Source of the DNA: Sphyrna mokarran
Lineage: Eukaryota
Direction of reading: 5' to 3'
NCBI GenBank assembly: GCA_024679065.1
Contig: JAGIQG010000011.1
Location: 7,378,001 to 7,442,000, forward strand
Length of the DNA stretch: 64,000 nucleotides
Part shown: positions 39,362 through 50,936 of the stretch, in pieces
Position numbering within the stretch: position 1 is the stretch's first letter
Layout of the letters: each line of letters starts with the position of its first letter
Notes under the pieces: model-generated
What the model was told of the DNA's origin: nothing
Seen by the model: only the letters and a program-made list of their open reading frames with translations
Database searches by the model: none
Translations under genes and position numbers: made by a program

Positions 39362-39530
39362 GAGATGCCAGCATTGGACTGGGGTAAACACAGTAAGAAG
39401 TCTCACAGCACCAGGTTAAAGTCCAACAGGTTCATCTGGTAGCAGAGCTTTCAGAGCCCTGCTCCACTCACTTGATGAAGAAGCACTGCTCTGAAAGCTC
39501 GGGCTACCAAATAAATCTGTTGGCCTTTAT
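39362..39530. mobile_element. Miniature palindromic Penelope-like terminal-repeat remnant
   Basis: gagatgccagcattggactggggtaaacacagtaagaagtctcac...gagctttcagagc / ttgatgaagaagcactgctctgaaagctc...aataaatctgttgg. Confidence 0.7.
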
Positions 39531-40339
39531 TTACTCAGTAAATATAATGAATAGTATGTCAATGCAGTAATAGCAAAATGCCATATCATATCCCTAGTTG
39601 GTGCAGACTCAATGGGGCTGAATGGCTTCTTCTACACTGTAGGGATTCTATGATTCCTAGCCAGGTCAATCATTTGCATCAATACAATGTGTTTGGCTTT
39701 AGCGAACTGTCTCATGAGTGATTTTATTGAATCCCTTTGATTTTTATATCAAAGGCCATAAAAATAGTATCTTTAGACATTCCCCTGTCTATTACTTCAA
39801 TTGCCTTTTCAAAAGTTCAATCAATGTTTTAGGTGTGATCTTCCTTTCACAAGTCCACGCTGGATCATTCTGATCAGTTGAACATTTTCGAGGTTGTCAC
39901 CTTCTTATTAATTATAGACCCTAGACATTTTCCGAGGACAGCTGTGAGACTAACTGGTCTATAATTCTCTCTCTACTTTCTTAAAGAGTGGAGTAACGTG
40001 GAATTTTCCAGTCTAAAAGTTCCTGATGGTTCAGACATCTGTAATGTTATGATCTGCTTACTTATAAACCTGAGACTAGAAACCGTTGGGTCTTAGAGCT
40101 ACAATTCTTCCCATCCACTAATTTCTTATTTTCATTTTTGTCTCCCTGTTAATGGTTTTTAAAGAGCTCACATAATGTTTCTGACCTTTTGCAACATGTA
40201 ATTGTAAAGGTTGTATTGATTTTGAAACTCCGTCCAAGTCTCTTTCCATGCTCCCTTTTAGTGGCTCTTGCCTGTTTTCTTACTCCTCGCTATTATTTTA
40301 ACTCTTTCTATTAATTCTTTTCTCCTCTCACCTTTATCA

Positions 40340-40935
40340 AGAGAATAGATTACAAAAGCAGGGAGATCATGTTGGAGTTGTATAGAACTTTGGTGAGGCC
40401 ACAGCTAGAGAACAGAGTGCAGTTCTGGTTGCTACATTATAGGAAGGCCAGGAGCGTGTTGGAGAGAGTGCAGAGGAAATTCACCAGGATGCTGCCTGGG
40501 ATGAATATTTAAGTTATAAAGAGAGGTTGAGTAGGCTTGTTTTCATTGGAGCAAAGAAGACTGAGTGGAGACCTGTATAAGGTGTACAACATTATGAGGG
40601 ACATGGACAGGGTGACTAAGGAGCAGCTGTTCCCCTTAGTTGAAGGGTCAGTCACGAGAGATCACAAGTTATAAGTGAGGGGTGGGAGGTTTAGGGGGAA
40701 TTTGAGGAAAAGGTATTTTATCCAGAAGGTGGTGACAGCTGGGAATGCTCTGCCTGGGAGGGTGCTAGATGCAAAATGCCTCACATCTTTAAAAAGTACT
40801 TGCTTGAGTACTTGGCACTTCATAGCTATGGGCCAATTGCTGACAAGCAGGATTAGATAAGTAGGTCATGGCATTTCATACATTGGTGCAGATTTGATGG
40901 GCTGAAGAGTCTCTTCTGCACATAGTATTCTGTGA
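40340..40935 (+). mobile_element. CR1 LINE 3' end (intron 2)
   Basis: LELYRTLVRPQLE...LERVQRKFTRMLPG...RGGRFRGNLRKRYF. Confidence 0.85.
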
Positions 40936-41360
40936 CCATGTGATCCTGCGAATCTGTTTGCCAGAATCTATGCTTTGTTTTTACATTCTGTTATATTTTT
41001 TCTTATTACTCCATCACTTTAGTTGTCTCACAGCTATTTTTTATTTGTTTTTGAGTGGATCTCTTGCTCTTTGGAGCTTTAAACTAGTCCCGTATCACAA
41101 GTACCCCTGCCTCAACCCCTCTGTGATTAACAAATTTACCAATTTGCTACAGACTGCTTCAGTCTCATTGTGATGGAATCATCTTAATCTAAATGTATCT
41201 TCCAGGCTGGGGTTTTCCAGTCCTGCCCTCCTCTGGGACTTTCTGGTCACACCAGCTCAAAGTCTATTGGCTAGCAGGGGATGTGGCAAGTCTGACATGG
41301 GGACGGTCTTTGTCACTTTTTTTTCTCTCTCCTAATAATATACTGAACGCCATCATATTC

Positions 41361-41675
41361 AGGTGGTACGGTGGCACAGTGGTTAGCACCGCTGCCTTAT
41401 AGCCCCAGGAGCTCTGGGTTCAATTCCAGCCTCGGGTCATTGTCTGTGATCAGCCTGCACATTCTCTCCATATCTGCATGGGTTTCCTCTGGGTGCTCCA
41501 GTTTCCTCCCACAGTCCAAAGAAAGATTTAGGTGGATTTGCCTTAGTGTCAGGAAGATTAGCAGGATAAATACAAGGGGTTATACAGATAGGGCCTGAGT
41601 GTGTTTGTGGTCAGTGCAGACTTGATGGGCCAAATGGCCTCCTCCTGGACTGACAGGGTTCTGTGATTCTATGAT
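41361..41675 (+). mobile_element. HE1/V-SINE-like SINE (intron 2)
   Basis: Consensus head and gattctatga tail. Confidence 0.8.
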
Positions 41676-42151
41676 TACTGTGACATAAATGTTCACTTGG
41701 CATGGGGGACTTTTAACTAAATCTGGCTCTGAACATAGAAACATAGCAGACAGGAACAGAAGGAGGTCATTTGGCTCTTTGAGCCTGCTTCATCAGAATC
41801 ATGGCTGATCATCCAACTCAATAGTCTCATCCTGCCTTCTCCCCATAATCTTTGATCTCATTTGCCCCAAATGCTGTATCCAGAACTCATTCCAAACTTG
41901 AAAATGCTGCAGCCATTTGTTGGTTCTAGAACATATTAATGCTGCAAATGATCACAGACACACTCAAGAAGTTCCTGATCTCAGTACAGGCCTGGCCCAA
42001 TGCTCATTCCCACCTCTCACTCAACTGATCATATCTAACATTGTCACGCACCAAATGAAAGATCAAAAGCCTGGGACAGGAAGTCTGTCTCTCCCCCAGA
42101 GCTGCTAAGAGTTTACTGGTTTGACTTTTGATTTCAGATCTCCATACTCAC

Positions 42152-42508
42152 CAGGCACATCTGGACTGATGAAAATGTAAGTCCCGATTCCATTGTCCAC
42201 GATATAGGGCGGTGGATGCAGTGTCTCAATTTGGCAAATGTACAAGTCACTGAGAGATGTATTTAACCCCCTCAATGTTATCGAGACACTGCCTTTCCGG
42301 GATCGTCCCTGACAATTTGACACTTCCACGTCACTCATGGTGGTATTGAAGAAAAAAGCACAGAAACGATTGCTGAGGTTTCCTTTAAAAATATTGATCC
42401 TGAACTGCTGAAACTCCGCATTTCCTGTGGTGTTATAGTTACACTGGAAAGTGGCAGTGTGGTTCTTAGCTTGGATGAAGTGGGGCTGGGTAACTTTCAA
42501 AGCCAGAA
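42152..42508 (-). CDS. CD28: CD28/CTLA-4-family co-receptor, exon 2 (IgV domain)
   Basis: Acceptor ctttgtcttccctctctactgcag| and donor CCTG|gtgagt, phase 1-1. Encodes VLALKVTQPHF...ATFQCNY...RFC...NCQG...VSITLRGL...DLYICQIETLHPPPYIVDNGIGTYIFI. Has the B/F-strand Cys pair, the second family-typical Cys pair, no C-strand Trp, and a PPPY loop like MYPPPY. Confidence 0.95.
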
Positions 42509-43584
42509 CTGCAGTAGAGAGGGAAGACAAAGGAACACAAATTCAATCTTAAACAGAGGAAATAGTTACAGAGCAATCAATCAAACAGTGTGAGTAACCC
42601 GAGGGAGACTGGACCTAACCTCAGCCCTACTAGATTTTTCTGTCTGGCCCATGTGCTGGTCAGGTGCATTGGCTGTGCTAAATTCTCCCTCAGTGTACTC
42701 AAACAGGGGAATTTCACAGTAACTAATGTAAGCCTACTTGTCACACTAATAAAGAAATATATTTGATATTTTCTATATATATTATATTAAACATAAATAT
42801 ATCTGAAATGAATTTGGCCATCTAATGCTCTAGGGCTCAGAGAATGAGATTTAACCTCACGATCTCTTTGGAAGGTAGTAGAATGCCAAGTTTGAAAATT
42901 AGAGAAAATATCCGATTGGTGAGACAAATGACCAAACACATGCCGGGGCTGCTTCACTCTTATATTTGACACATACCCTTTTTATTATTTATTTATGGGG
43001 TGCACGTATCACTGAGAGCCTTTAACAGCCGACCACATTGCTGTGATCTGGACTCACACGTAGGCCAGACTGGGTAAGGAGGGCAGATTTCCTTCCCTAA
43101 AGCTCCCAGATGGATTTTTACGACAATCGACAATGGTTTCATGGTCATCATTAGATTTTGAATTCCAGATTTTTTTCTAATTGAATTTGGATTTCATTGT
43201 CGGCCGTGGTGCATTATCCTGGTTCTCTGGATTACTAGTCCCACTACACCCTGCTTCCCCTGCCCTCGGAGTATTTGATGAGACAATATAGAGAGGGTTT
43301 TATTCTTTATCTCACACAGACTGTACCTGTCCCGAGAATCTGACAATGTAAAGAGAGCTTTTCTCTGGAATTAGCATGTTGCACTGTCTGTTGAAGGCAA
43401 GTGTAGGGGGAGCTTTATACAATGAGTAGGATTTTCCCGTTGTTTCCATCAGTGGGAATTTTCCGGTCTCACCGACAGTGACCTCTGGTGATGGAGTTTA
43501 CTATCAAATAAATCGGTTGGATTTAAACCTGGTGTTGTGAGCTTCTTATTATGGAGGGTGTGAACAATGGGAAACCCCCATTGA

Positions 43585-43815
43585 CAATGGCAGGACTGGG
43601 AGATCCTGTCACCAGCCAATGGCAGGACTGGGAGATCCTGTCACCAGCCAATGGCAGGACTGGGAGGTCCTGTCACCTGCCATTGGCAGTACTGGGAGAT
43701 CCTGTCACCAGCCAATGGCAGGACTGGGAGATCCTGTCACCAGCCAATGGCAGGACTGGGAGATCCTGTCACCTGCCAATGGCAGGACTGGGAAATCCTG
43801 TCACCTGCCACTGGT
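43585..43815 (+). repeat. 32-bp minisatellite caatggcaggactgggagatcctgtcaccagc, about 7 copies
   Basis: Units start at 43585, 43617, 43649, 43681, 43713, 43745 and 43777. Confidence 0.95.
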
Positions 43816-44699
43816 GGGCTATCTCCACTGTTATAAAACACACCACAGGTGGCAAAGAAAGGTGAGGATGAGGATTCCTAGATCCAATCCATGCTGTAAC
43901 TGCTATGGGATGTTTGAACAGACAGTATAGAGGGAATTTTATTCTGTATTGAAGTCCAGGCTAGAATAATTAATGCTAATAATGAAGCTGAAGGGGTTCC
44001 ATTCCCAACACGGATATCCCTGGATGAGAGCCACATTTATGGAAAAAAGAACTTTCCAATGCTTGCTCCCTACAATTATTTCCATACTTTTGGATTCTAC
44101 TTGCATTGTATCTGCATTGAATCGCACTGTATTTACACATTACTTACAATGTTTGTACTGTATTTGCATAGCATTTTGAGAGTGTTTGCTGCTTAGTTGC
44201 ACCATGCGATTTGCGCATAAATATTTGCACATTTGCACAATTGCACATTTTTCATTGTATGTGCACAGTGCTTGCCTGCTACTTGCATTGTATTTGCAAA
44301 TGTCCTTGTCTTGTACCCAATATAAATTCATCCTCATGATATCCTCATAACATCTCCTAAGCATTGCTCAGCTGTACAAGGAGATAGAGACTGGAGCTCA
44401 TTATCTCTCATTTCCTCCAGACCCAACAGAGGCTGCTGACAGGACACTCCAGTGCAGCAATAGTTCCCAAAGTGGGGTATGTGTACCCCCAGGGATACGA
44501 CAGGGATCTCTGCCGGCCACTTTCCTTGTGTTTATGTAAAAGTGGATTTTCAGGCAAGCGAAACTTCTTCTGGTCTCGACCTCCCCTTATCTGTAGCCTA
44601 GAGGATTCCAAACACAAGTGTCTCAATGCTCAGGCTACTCCTCTTCCCATCGCTCACTGCTCCTTCAATACCAGAACACACAAATTAGCAACAGGAGTA

Positions 44700-45197
44700 G
44701 GGCAACACAGTGGTTAGCACAGCTGCCTCACAGCACCAGGGACCCAGGTTCAATTCCGGCCTCAGGTGACTGTGTGTGTGGAGTTTACACATTCTCCCTG
44801 TGTCTGAGTGGGTTTCCTCCAGGCGCTCCATTTCTTCCCATATGTGGGTTAGGTGCATTGGGGCCATGCTAAATTGTTAAAGAGGAAAGTATTTTTTAAA
44901 GTTTATTTATTAGTGTCACAAGTAGACTTACATTAACACTGCCATGAAGTTACTGTGAAAATCCCCTAGTTGCCACACTCCGGCGGTTGTTCGGGTACAC
45001 CAAGGGAAAATTTGGCATGGCCAATACACCTAACTAGCTTGTCTTTTGGACTGTAGGAGGAAATCGGAACAGCTGGGGGAAAACCCAAGCAGACACGGGG
45101 AGAATGTGCAGACTCTGCACAGTGACTCAAGCCAGGAATTGAACTCGCTCTGGTGCTGTGAGGCAGCAGTGCTAACCGTTGTGCCACTGTGCCACCC
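44700..45197. mobile_element. Two V-SINE-like SINEs tail-to-tail (44700-44876 +, 44899-45197 -)
   Basis: Both heads and cores are visible in opposite orientation. Confidence 0.8.
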
Positions 45198-46148
45198 ACA
45201 ATTACAAAGGGTTGATAAAGGCGAATTGGTGTGTGTAATAGCGAAGGCCTGTAAAGGATGAGTGCCCAAGGATTATGTGACCTGATTGCCCACAAATCCC
45301 AGGGCTGAGTGTGGGCTTTAACATCAGAATCGATCCTGGAGCTGAATGAGGAGCTACATTTTGAAACACTGTCTATATAATCTGATTTAGCTCATAAAGA
45401 GTTGTCATTAATCTGATGATTGCCAGTCCTCACGATGATTACACTGGCAATGAAGAAATCAGAATTCCTTGGAAAGAATATGTTTGGGATGGAGATGATT
45501 TGATGCATCATGATTCCAGCCCAGGGAAGGAGTGTGCGTAGTGCGGGGGATTTGGAGGGAAAATGAGAGCAGCAGTAAATGCAGCATTAATCAGATAGCG
45601 GAGTGTTATTGGTAATTGAGGGAATAGATTCACCTTTTCTTATTTTTCCCTGATTAACAGGTAGCTAAATGAGATTGCTGGCTCCTAACTGGCTGCCTAG
45701 TTAACCATACACCGGTCAGTCAAGACTACTGAGTAGTTTTTTGTATATCTTGACTGCTAACTAGCCACAAAAAAGCCACAAAGCTGCAACCACAAAACAA
45801 AGTACAATGTGTTGACGAATGGTTATTTGTTTGTGGGCAGTTTAGAAATGTTGTGATTGTCAGCAGCTTTTTTTGCCCACTCACAGATTTAACATTGGGT
45901 TTCGCAACTGGTGGTGACACGAGCTGTGTTACCAGCTCATACTGAAAAAACAGACATTCCCCTTTGGTAAAACCCAATCTCACAGGAGAACTGCCCACAT
46001 CTCACTGGAAGAAGCATCAAACTTGTGAGCTCACAAGCTGCCTTTATATGTGATTAGAAGGTCAACAGGAGAAATTTGTATCAGTCCCATGGACTCTGGG
46101 GTGGTGCAGGAAGGCGGGGGGGGTAATCGAATGTGTTCAGATCCCAAT

Positions 46149-46458
46149 GTTGAGCTTCACCGAGTGTGAGTGCCCTGTTGAGCTTCACCGGGTGGGAATG
46201 CCCGGCTGAGCTTCACCTGGTGGGAGTATCTGGCTGAGCTTCACCTGGTGGAAGTGGCCGGCTGAGCTTCACCTAGTGGGAGTGGCCGGCTGAGCTTTGC
46301 CTGGTGGGAGTATCCAGCTGAGCTTCACCTAGTGGGAGTGCCTGGCTAAACTTCACCTGGTGGGAGAGCCAGGCTCAGCTTCACCTAGTGGGAATGCCCG
46401 GCTGAGCTTCATCTACAGGGAGTGCCTGGCTGAGCTTCACCTGGTGGGAGTGCCTGGT
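46149..46458 (+). repeat. 28-bp minisatellite gctgagcttcacctggtgggagtgcccg, about 11 copies
   Basis: Seen directly; period 28. Confidence 0.95.
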
Positions 46459-47227
46459 AGAGTAGGTTTGTCCAAAGACAAGAAGATTGGGAGCAGGGTG
46501 TGAGGTATCGCAACATGACCTTTGGGTACTTAATGGTTTAGAGATGTAAGGGTGTTAGAATGTGTATGGGGGGCTGTGATATTGGGTGAAGTGGGGCCAA
46601 GAGGGTGTACCTGATAGAAATAAGAACAATAAAGGGACAGAGGGGTTAGAGTGTGGTAGGAAGGGATTGGTAGTCAATGATATTGTCCTTGGACTTGAAA
46701 TTCAGGAGAACTGGATTCTCCAGGTTAATGCTTTGGAGACTTAGGTTCAAATCCTGCCGTAGCAGATAGTGAATTTTTAATTTGATAGAATTAATTTGGA
46801 ATCGATGGTGTCCTTGAAGCCATTGTTGATTGTTGTAAAAACCTATCTGGTTCCCTAAGGTGCTTTAGGCATCTGCTGTTCTCACCTGGTCTGCCCTCCA
46901 GATCCACAGCAGTGTGGTTCACTCTTCAAATGCCCTCTAGAATGGCCCAGCAAGTCACTCAGTTCAAGGGCAATTAGGGATGGGCAATAAAATTGTTGGT
47001 ATAGACAGCAAAGCCTAGATCCGATTGATAGATTTAAGAATGAGGATTGTGTGGAGTTTGACTGACCTCTCTCCCTGTTGTATTTTGTGTACCGTGCCAG
47101 GATTCATTAAGAAGCAAGTTCTAAATTGCTGACCTTTGTCCCCACTATCCACTTCCTGTTGCCCCAGGCAGTAATTCAGATCAATTTTCCCTCAATATTT
47201 CCTACCACCGCTGTCTCTTAGCAGCAG

Positions 47228-47497
47228 GGGCAGCACCGTGGTATGGTAGTTAGCATTGTCAACTCACAGCATCAGGGACCCGGGTTCAATTCTGGCCATG
47301 GGTCACTGTCTGTGTGGAGTTTGTACATTCTCCTCGTGTCTGTGTGGGTTTCCTCTCACAGTCCAAAGATGTGTGGGTTAGTTTGATTGGCCATGGTGTC
47401 AGGGGTTTAGCAGGATAAATAAGCAGGATTATAGGGATAGTGCCTGAGTGGGATTGTCATTGGTGCAGACTGGATGGGATGAATGGATCCTATGATT
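47228..47497 (+). mobile_element. HE1/V-SINE-like SINE (intron 1)
   Basis: Consensus match. Confidence 0.8.
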
Positions 47498-48859
47498 TAT
47501 CATAGCTTGTCTGGATATGGGTGAAGAATGGAGAGAACCGGTGAGTGCAATGGTACTGGGACTATCCCATCATTCCTAGCTGCTGTGAAAGGCCTCTATG
47601 TTAACAGTGTGGGGGATGGGGGAGTGGGTGGCATGGATGAGACTTCCAGTGACACTGGGCTCAGAGTGTCTCACTGAGATACTTCATGCTGCCTGGGTGA
47701 ACTGGCTGAAGTTAGTACACAGACTAACCACTTAGCGGATGGTCTATAATCTAGCTCACCATGATTCCGTGACTGGATGGCGTGCCGCAGTTGAGCGAGA
47801 GCGACATTTAAGTAAAGCCACATGCAAAACAAAATAGATTCTAGATAAATCTATTCGTGAGTCACAAAGGGCAAAGTATAATGAGAATGTACATGTTATG
47901 TTCTTGATTAAATGAGAGAAGCAAAGGGAGGGAAAAAAGATCGTATTGTTACTGTAAAAAGTCAGGCATTGTGACCAGTCTATTACCCAGCCTTGGGAAA
48001 GCTTCAGGAGAATAACATGCAGGATTATTGCTGAGGGAGTTGTGTTTGCTCTTATTGGGAGTGGAGGTTTGAATCATTAACTTGACTCTGAACACTGGCT
48101 GAAAAGTTGAATCCAGCCCAACTTTTCACAGAGAGAAAAGTTTCAAACTTTCAAATCCTGTGAGATTCAAAATGAGGAAGTCGGGCAGAAAAGTCTGAGG
48201 GCAGATTTTTCAAGCAATGGGGAATCAGATCATAGACCAGGGAAGAACGTACAACTTGGGGATAAAGAGAGAAAAGAGTGGAGGGAAGTAGTGTGTCGAT
48301 GGGCTTTACGGAGATCTGTGTAGTTTGGGAGATGTGGAGGATAAATGTACTGAAGAATGTGATGTGTAGATGGAGTTGAAGAATGATATAGATTCAGGGA
48401 TATGGTTGATTGACCTTCTATGAATCCAAGCCTTACTGCTGTTCACACAATGACACTTTCCAGTGGAGTAATGGGCTGGGTGTCTGGAGTGTTAACAGGA
48501 ACTGAGAAGCCCTGAATAAGATCAGCAAAATCAATTACTAACCCCAAATCAAACTGTGACTTTTCTGCTCTGTGTGCCTTCATATCTCACTGGGGACTGG
48601 GCCGGGTGCTATCCCCAAGCAGGTGGGACTGAGAGGGAGGAAAGCAGTAGGATTGTAAGTGGACGTGGAGCACAGTGTCAGACCAAGCATAACACCAAGC
48701 ATTTCTACACAACTATTTTCTCCACCAAAGCTTAACAGAAACCATTGATAATATGGTAATAATGGTTAGCGCAAGCACATAAACATGAATGAGAGCATTG
48801 TAATCCGAATAGCTCACAACCCTTTTCCAAGTTAGATATTTATTTGTAGAACGTCACAC

Positions 48860-49032
48860 AGATGAGAGAAGGGATGGGACCTTCAGATGTCAGGCAACAA
48901 GGTGCGATTCACCTGCATAAACCCAAGCAGGTCTGGATTCAAATAGCAGCTGCTGTGAGCACAGCAGGAAATCAGCAGTGCTCATTGATTCAATGCAGGA
49001 ACAGGTTCAATGACCTGCTGTGTTCTGGCAAG
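48860..49032 (+). mobile_element. PIF/Harbinger-type Myb/SANT-like ORF remnant (element may extend about 48560-49750)
   Basis: VWIQIAAAVSTAGNQQCSLIQCRNRFNDLL fits the W..IA..V...R...QC..RF.DL pattern and is followed by GGCAAG|gtaagt. Confidence 0.65.
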
Positions 49033-49811
49033 GTAAGTAACATGGTTCATTCATACAGAGATCCAAGTCATATCTACGTAGCTGCAGGTAAAGGGTATGA
49101 CCTGGTTTATATCTCTGCTTCAACATTGAGGCTTGTACATGTATGCAGTTTATGTAAGTGAGCACAGAATACATGTGAATGCTTATTGTGATGTACAGAC
49201 TATGAATATCCCTGCATGCATTAGATATCAGGCTGACGTAAATTCATGTTGCTATTGCAGACCAGAAGTGCGGTCAAATGCCACAGAGATGACCCAGATT
49301 GGGAGGTGTGTTAGGCTGGCTGAGACATATCCAGCCTGTAGAACAGATGGCTGTAGAGACTGTCAGAATACCTAAACATCTGCCTGTTGGTGATGATAAA
49401 TTGTTAACAAGAAAGTGCATTCACAATAAGGGCTAGACCTAAATAATCTTTTTTGTGTCTCACTTGTCGACTGTGTCATCCCCCCCTTGGGCCAGATCAT
49501 CTCTCAGATATCAAAAAGAGGAAGATGTTTGAGGAGACACTGGCACAGACTGGTCTACATACTGCCAACTCAGATGTAGGCACCACACAGGTATGTAGTA
49601 TGTATATAGTCAGGGGCACAGGGTAAAACTCACTGTAGCAGAGTGCAGGAGGAAGTGTCAGAGTCAGAGACATCTGTGCACAATCCCCCTCACAGGACGG
49701 AGGAAAGATCCAATGATGCTGAAGGAATTTAGAGCTTCATAAGTCATCCTACCAGACATGGGGTGGGATTTTACAGCCTCGCTTATCCCAAAACCCTAAA
49801 ATTCCATCCCT

Positions 49812-50163
49812 CCTGTCCATCAACTCTGTCCACGCTTCCTGCTGCCTCGGCAAAGCAGCCGGCATGATTAAGGACCCCACGCACCCCACACATTCTCTCT
49901 TTCCCCCTTCTTCCTTCAGGAAAAAGATACAAATGTCTGAGGTCACGTATCAACCAACTCAAAACAGCTTCTTCCCTGCGGCTGTCAGACTTTTGAACGG
50001 ACCTACTTTGCATTAAATTGATCTTTCTCTACACCCTAGTTACACTGTAACACTACATTCTGCACTCTCTTTTCCTTCTCTATAAATGGTATGTTTGTCT
50101 GTATAGTGTGAGAAACAATACTTTTCACTGTGTGTTAATATATGTCAAAAATCAAATCAAATC
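49812..50163 (+). mobile_element. Rex1/Babar-like LINE 3' end with an (aaatc)n tail, inserted in a MITE
   Basis: LLSINSVHASCCLGKAAGMIKDPTHPTHSLFPLLPSGKRYKCL...SFFPAAVRLLN; tail aaaatcaaatcaaatc. Confidence 0.7.
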
Positions 50164-50665
50164 CCATCGGAGGTCAGTGGACCTTCCCATGCTCTGTCCC
50201 TCACCCGCTCCAATTCCCATGGCTGGTTGGAATTGCTTTTGCGCCACTTCTGGGGTAATGAATAAAAATTTGAAGCAAATTCCATAGGAATACTCAACCT
50301 CACCAAAAGAATCCCCAGAAGCCAGTTCAAATCTGCTGTTAGCAGGCCAGCTGTGTGAACTTTGGCTTTCACGTTCCTTAGCTAACAAACTCTAACTGGA
50401 GTGAAGGAGCGGGTGATTGTGATGCACTCGTCTCTGTGAAACATCCACGCAGGCAACACAAAATACAAACTGTCCCCGTTCACAATCCTGCAAAAATTCC
50501 GGGCACTTCTGCCATTTTGTCACCACAGAGAGGCCCTCCGTAGCAGCAAAAATTCCCGCAGGAATTTCACATCACCCTATCCTGTGAAAGGAACTCCCAG
50601 TTGCCTTTCTCCACTGAACCTGTTTTGAGCCGTGTGTGTGTTACTAATAGTACAGGATCAGTAAC

Positions 50666-50936
50666 ATGGCTGGCACAGTGGGTAGCAATGCAGCCTCACA
50701 GCCTGAGGGACTCGGGTTCAATTCTGGCCTCGGCTCACTGCCTGTGTGGAGTTTGCACATTCTCTCCGTGTCTGTGTGGGTTTCCTCCGAATGCTCCAGT
50801 TTCCTCCCACAGTCCAGAGATGTGCAGGTTAGCTGGATTGGCCATGCTAAATTGCCCCTTAGTGTCAGGGGGTTTAGCAAGGTGGATAAGTGGGGTTATG
50901 GAAATAGAATGAGATTGGCCTCCTTTTGCACTGTAG
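50666..50936 (+). mobile_element. HE1/V-SINE-like SINE (intron 1)
   Basis: Consensus match. Confidence 0.8.

Noticed and set aside
43585-43815. CRISPR-like array (32-bp palindromic repeat)
   Set aside because: Units are contiguous with no unique spacers, there are no cas genes, and the context is vertebrate.
47067-47107. Alternative first exon ATGAATCCT...GAGAG|gtcagt on the minus strand
   Set aside because: Phase 2, hydrophilic and not a signal peptide; 54866-54929 fits much better.
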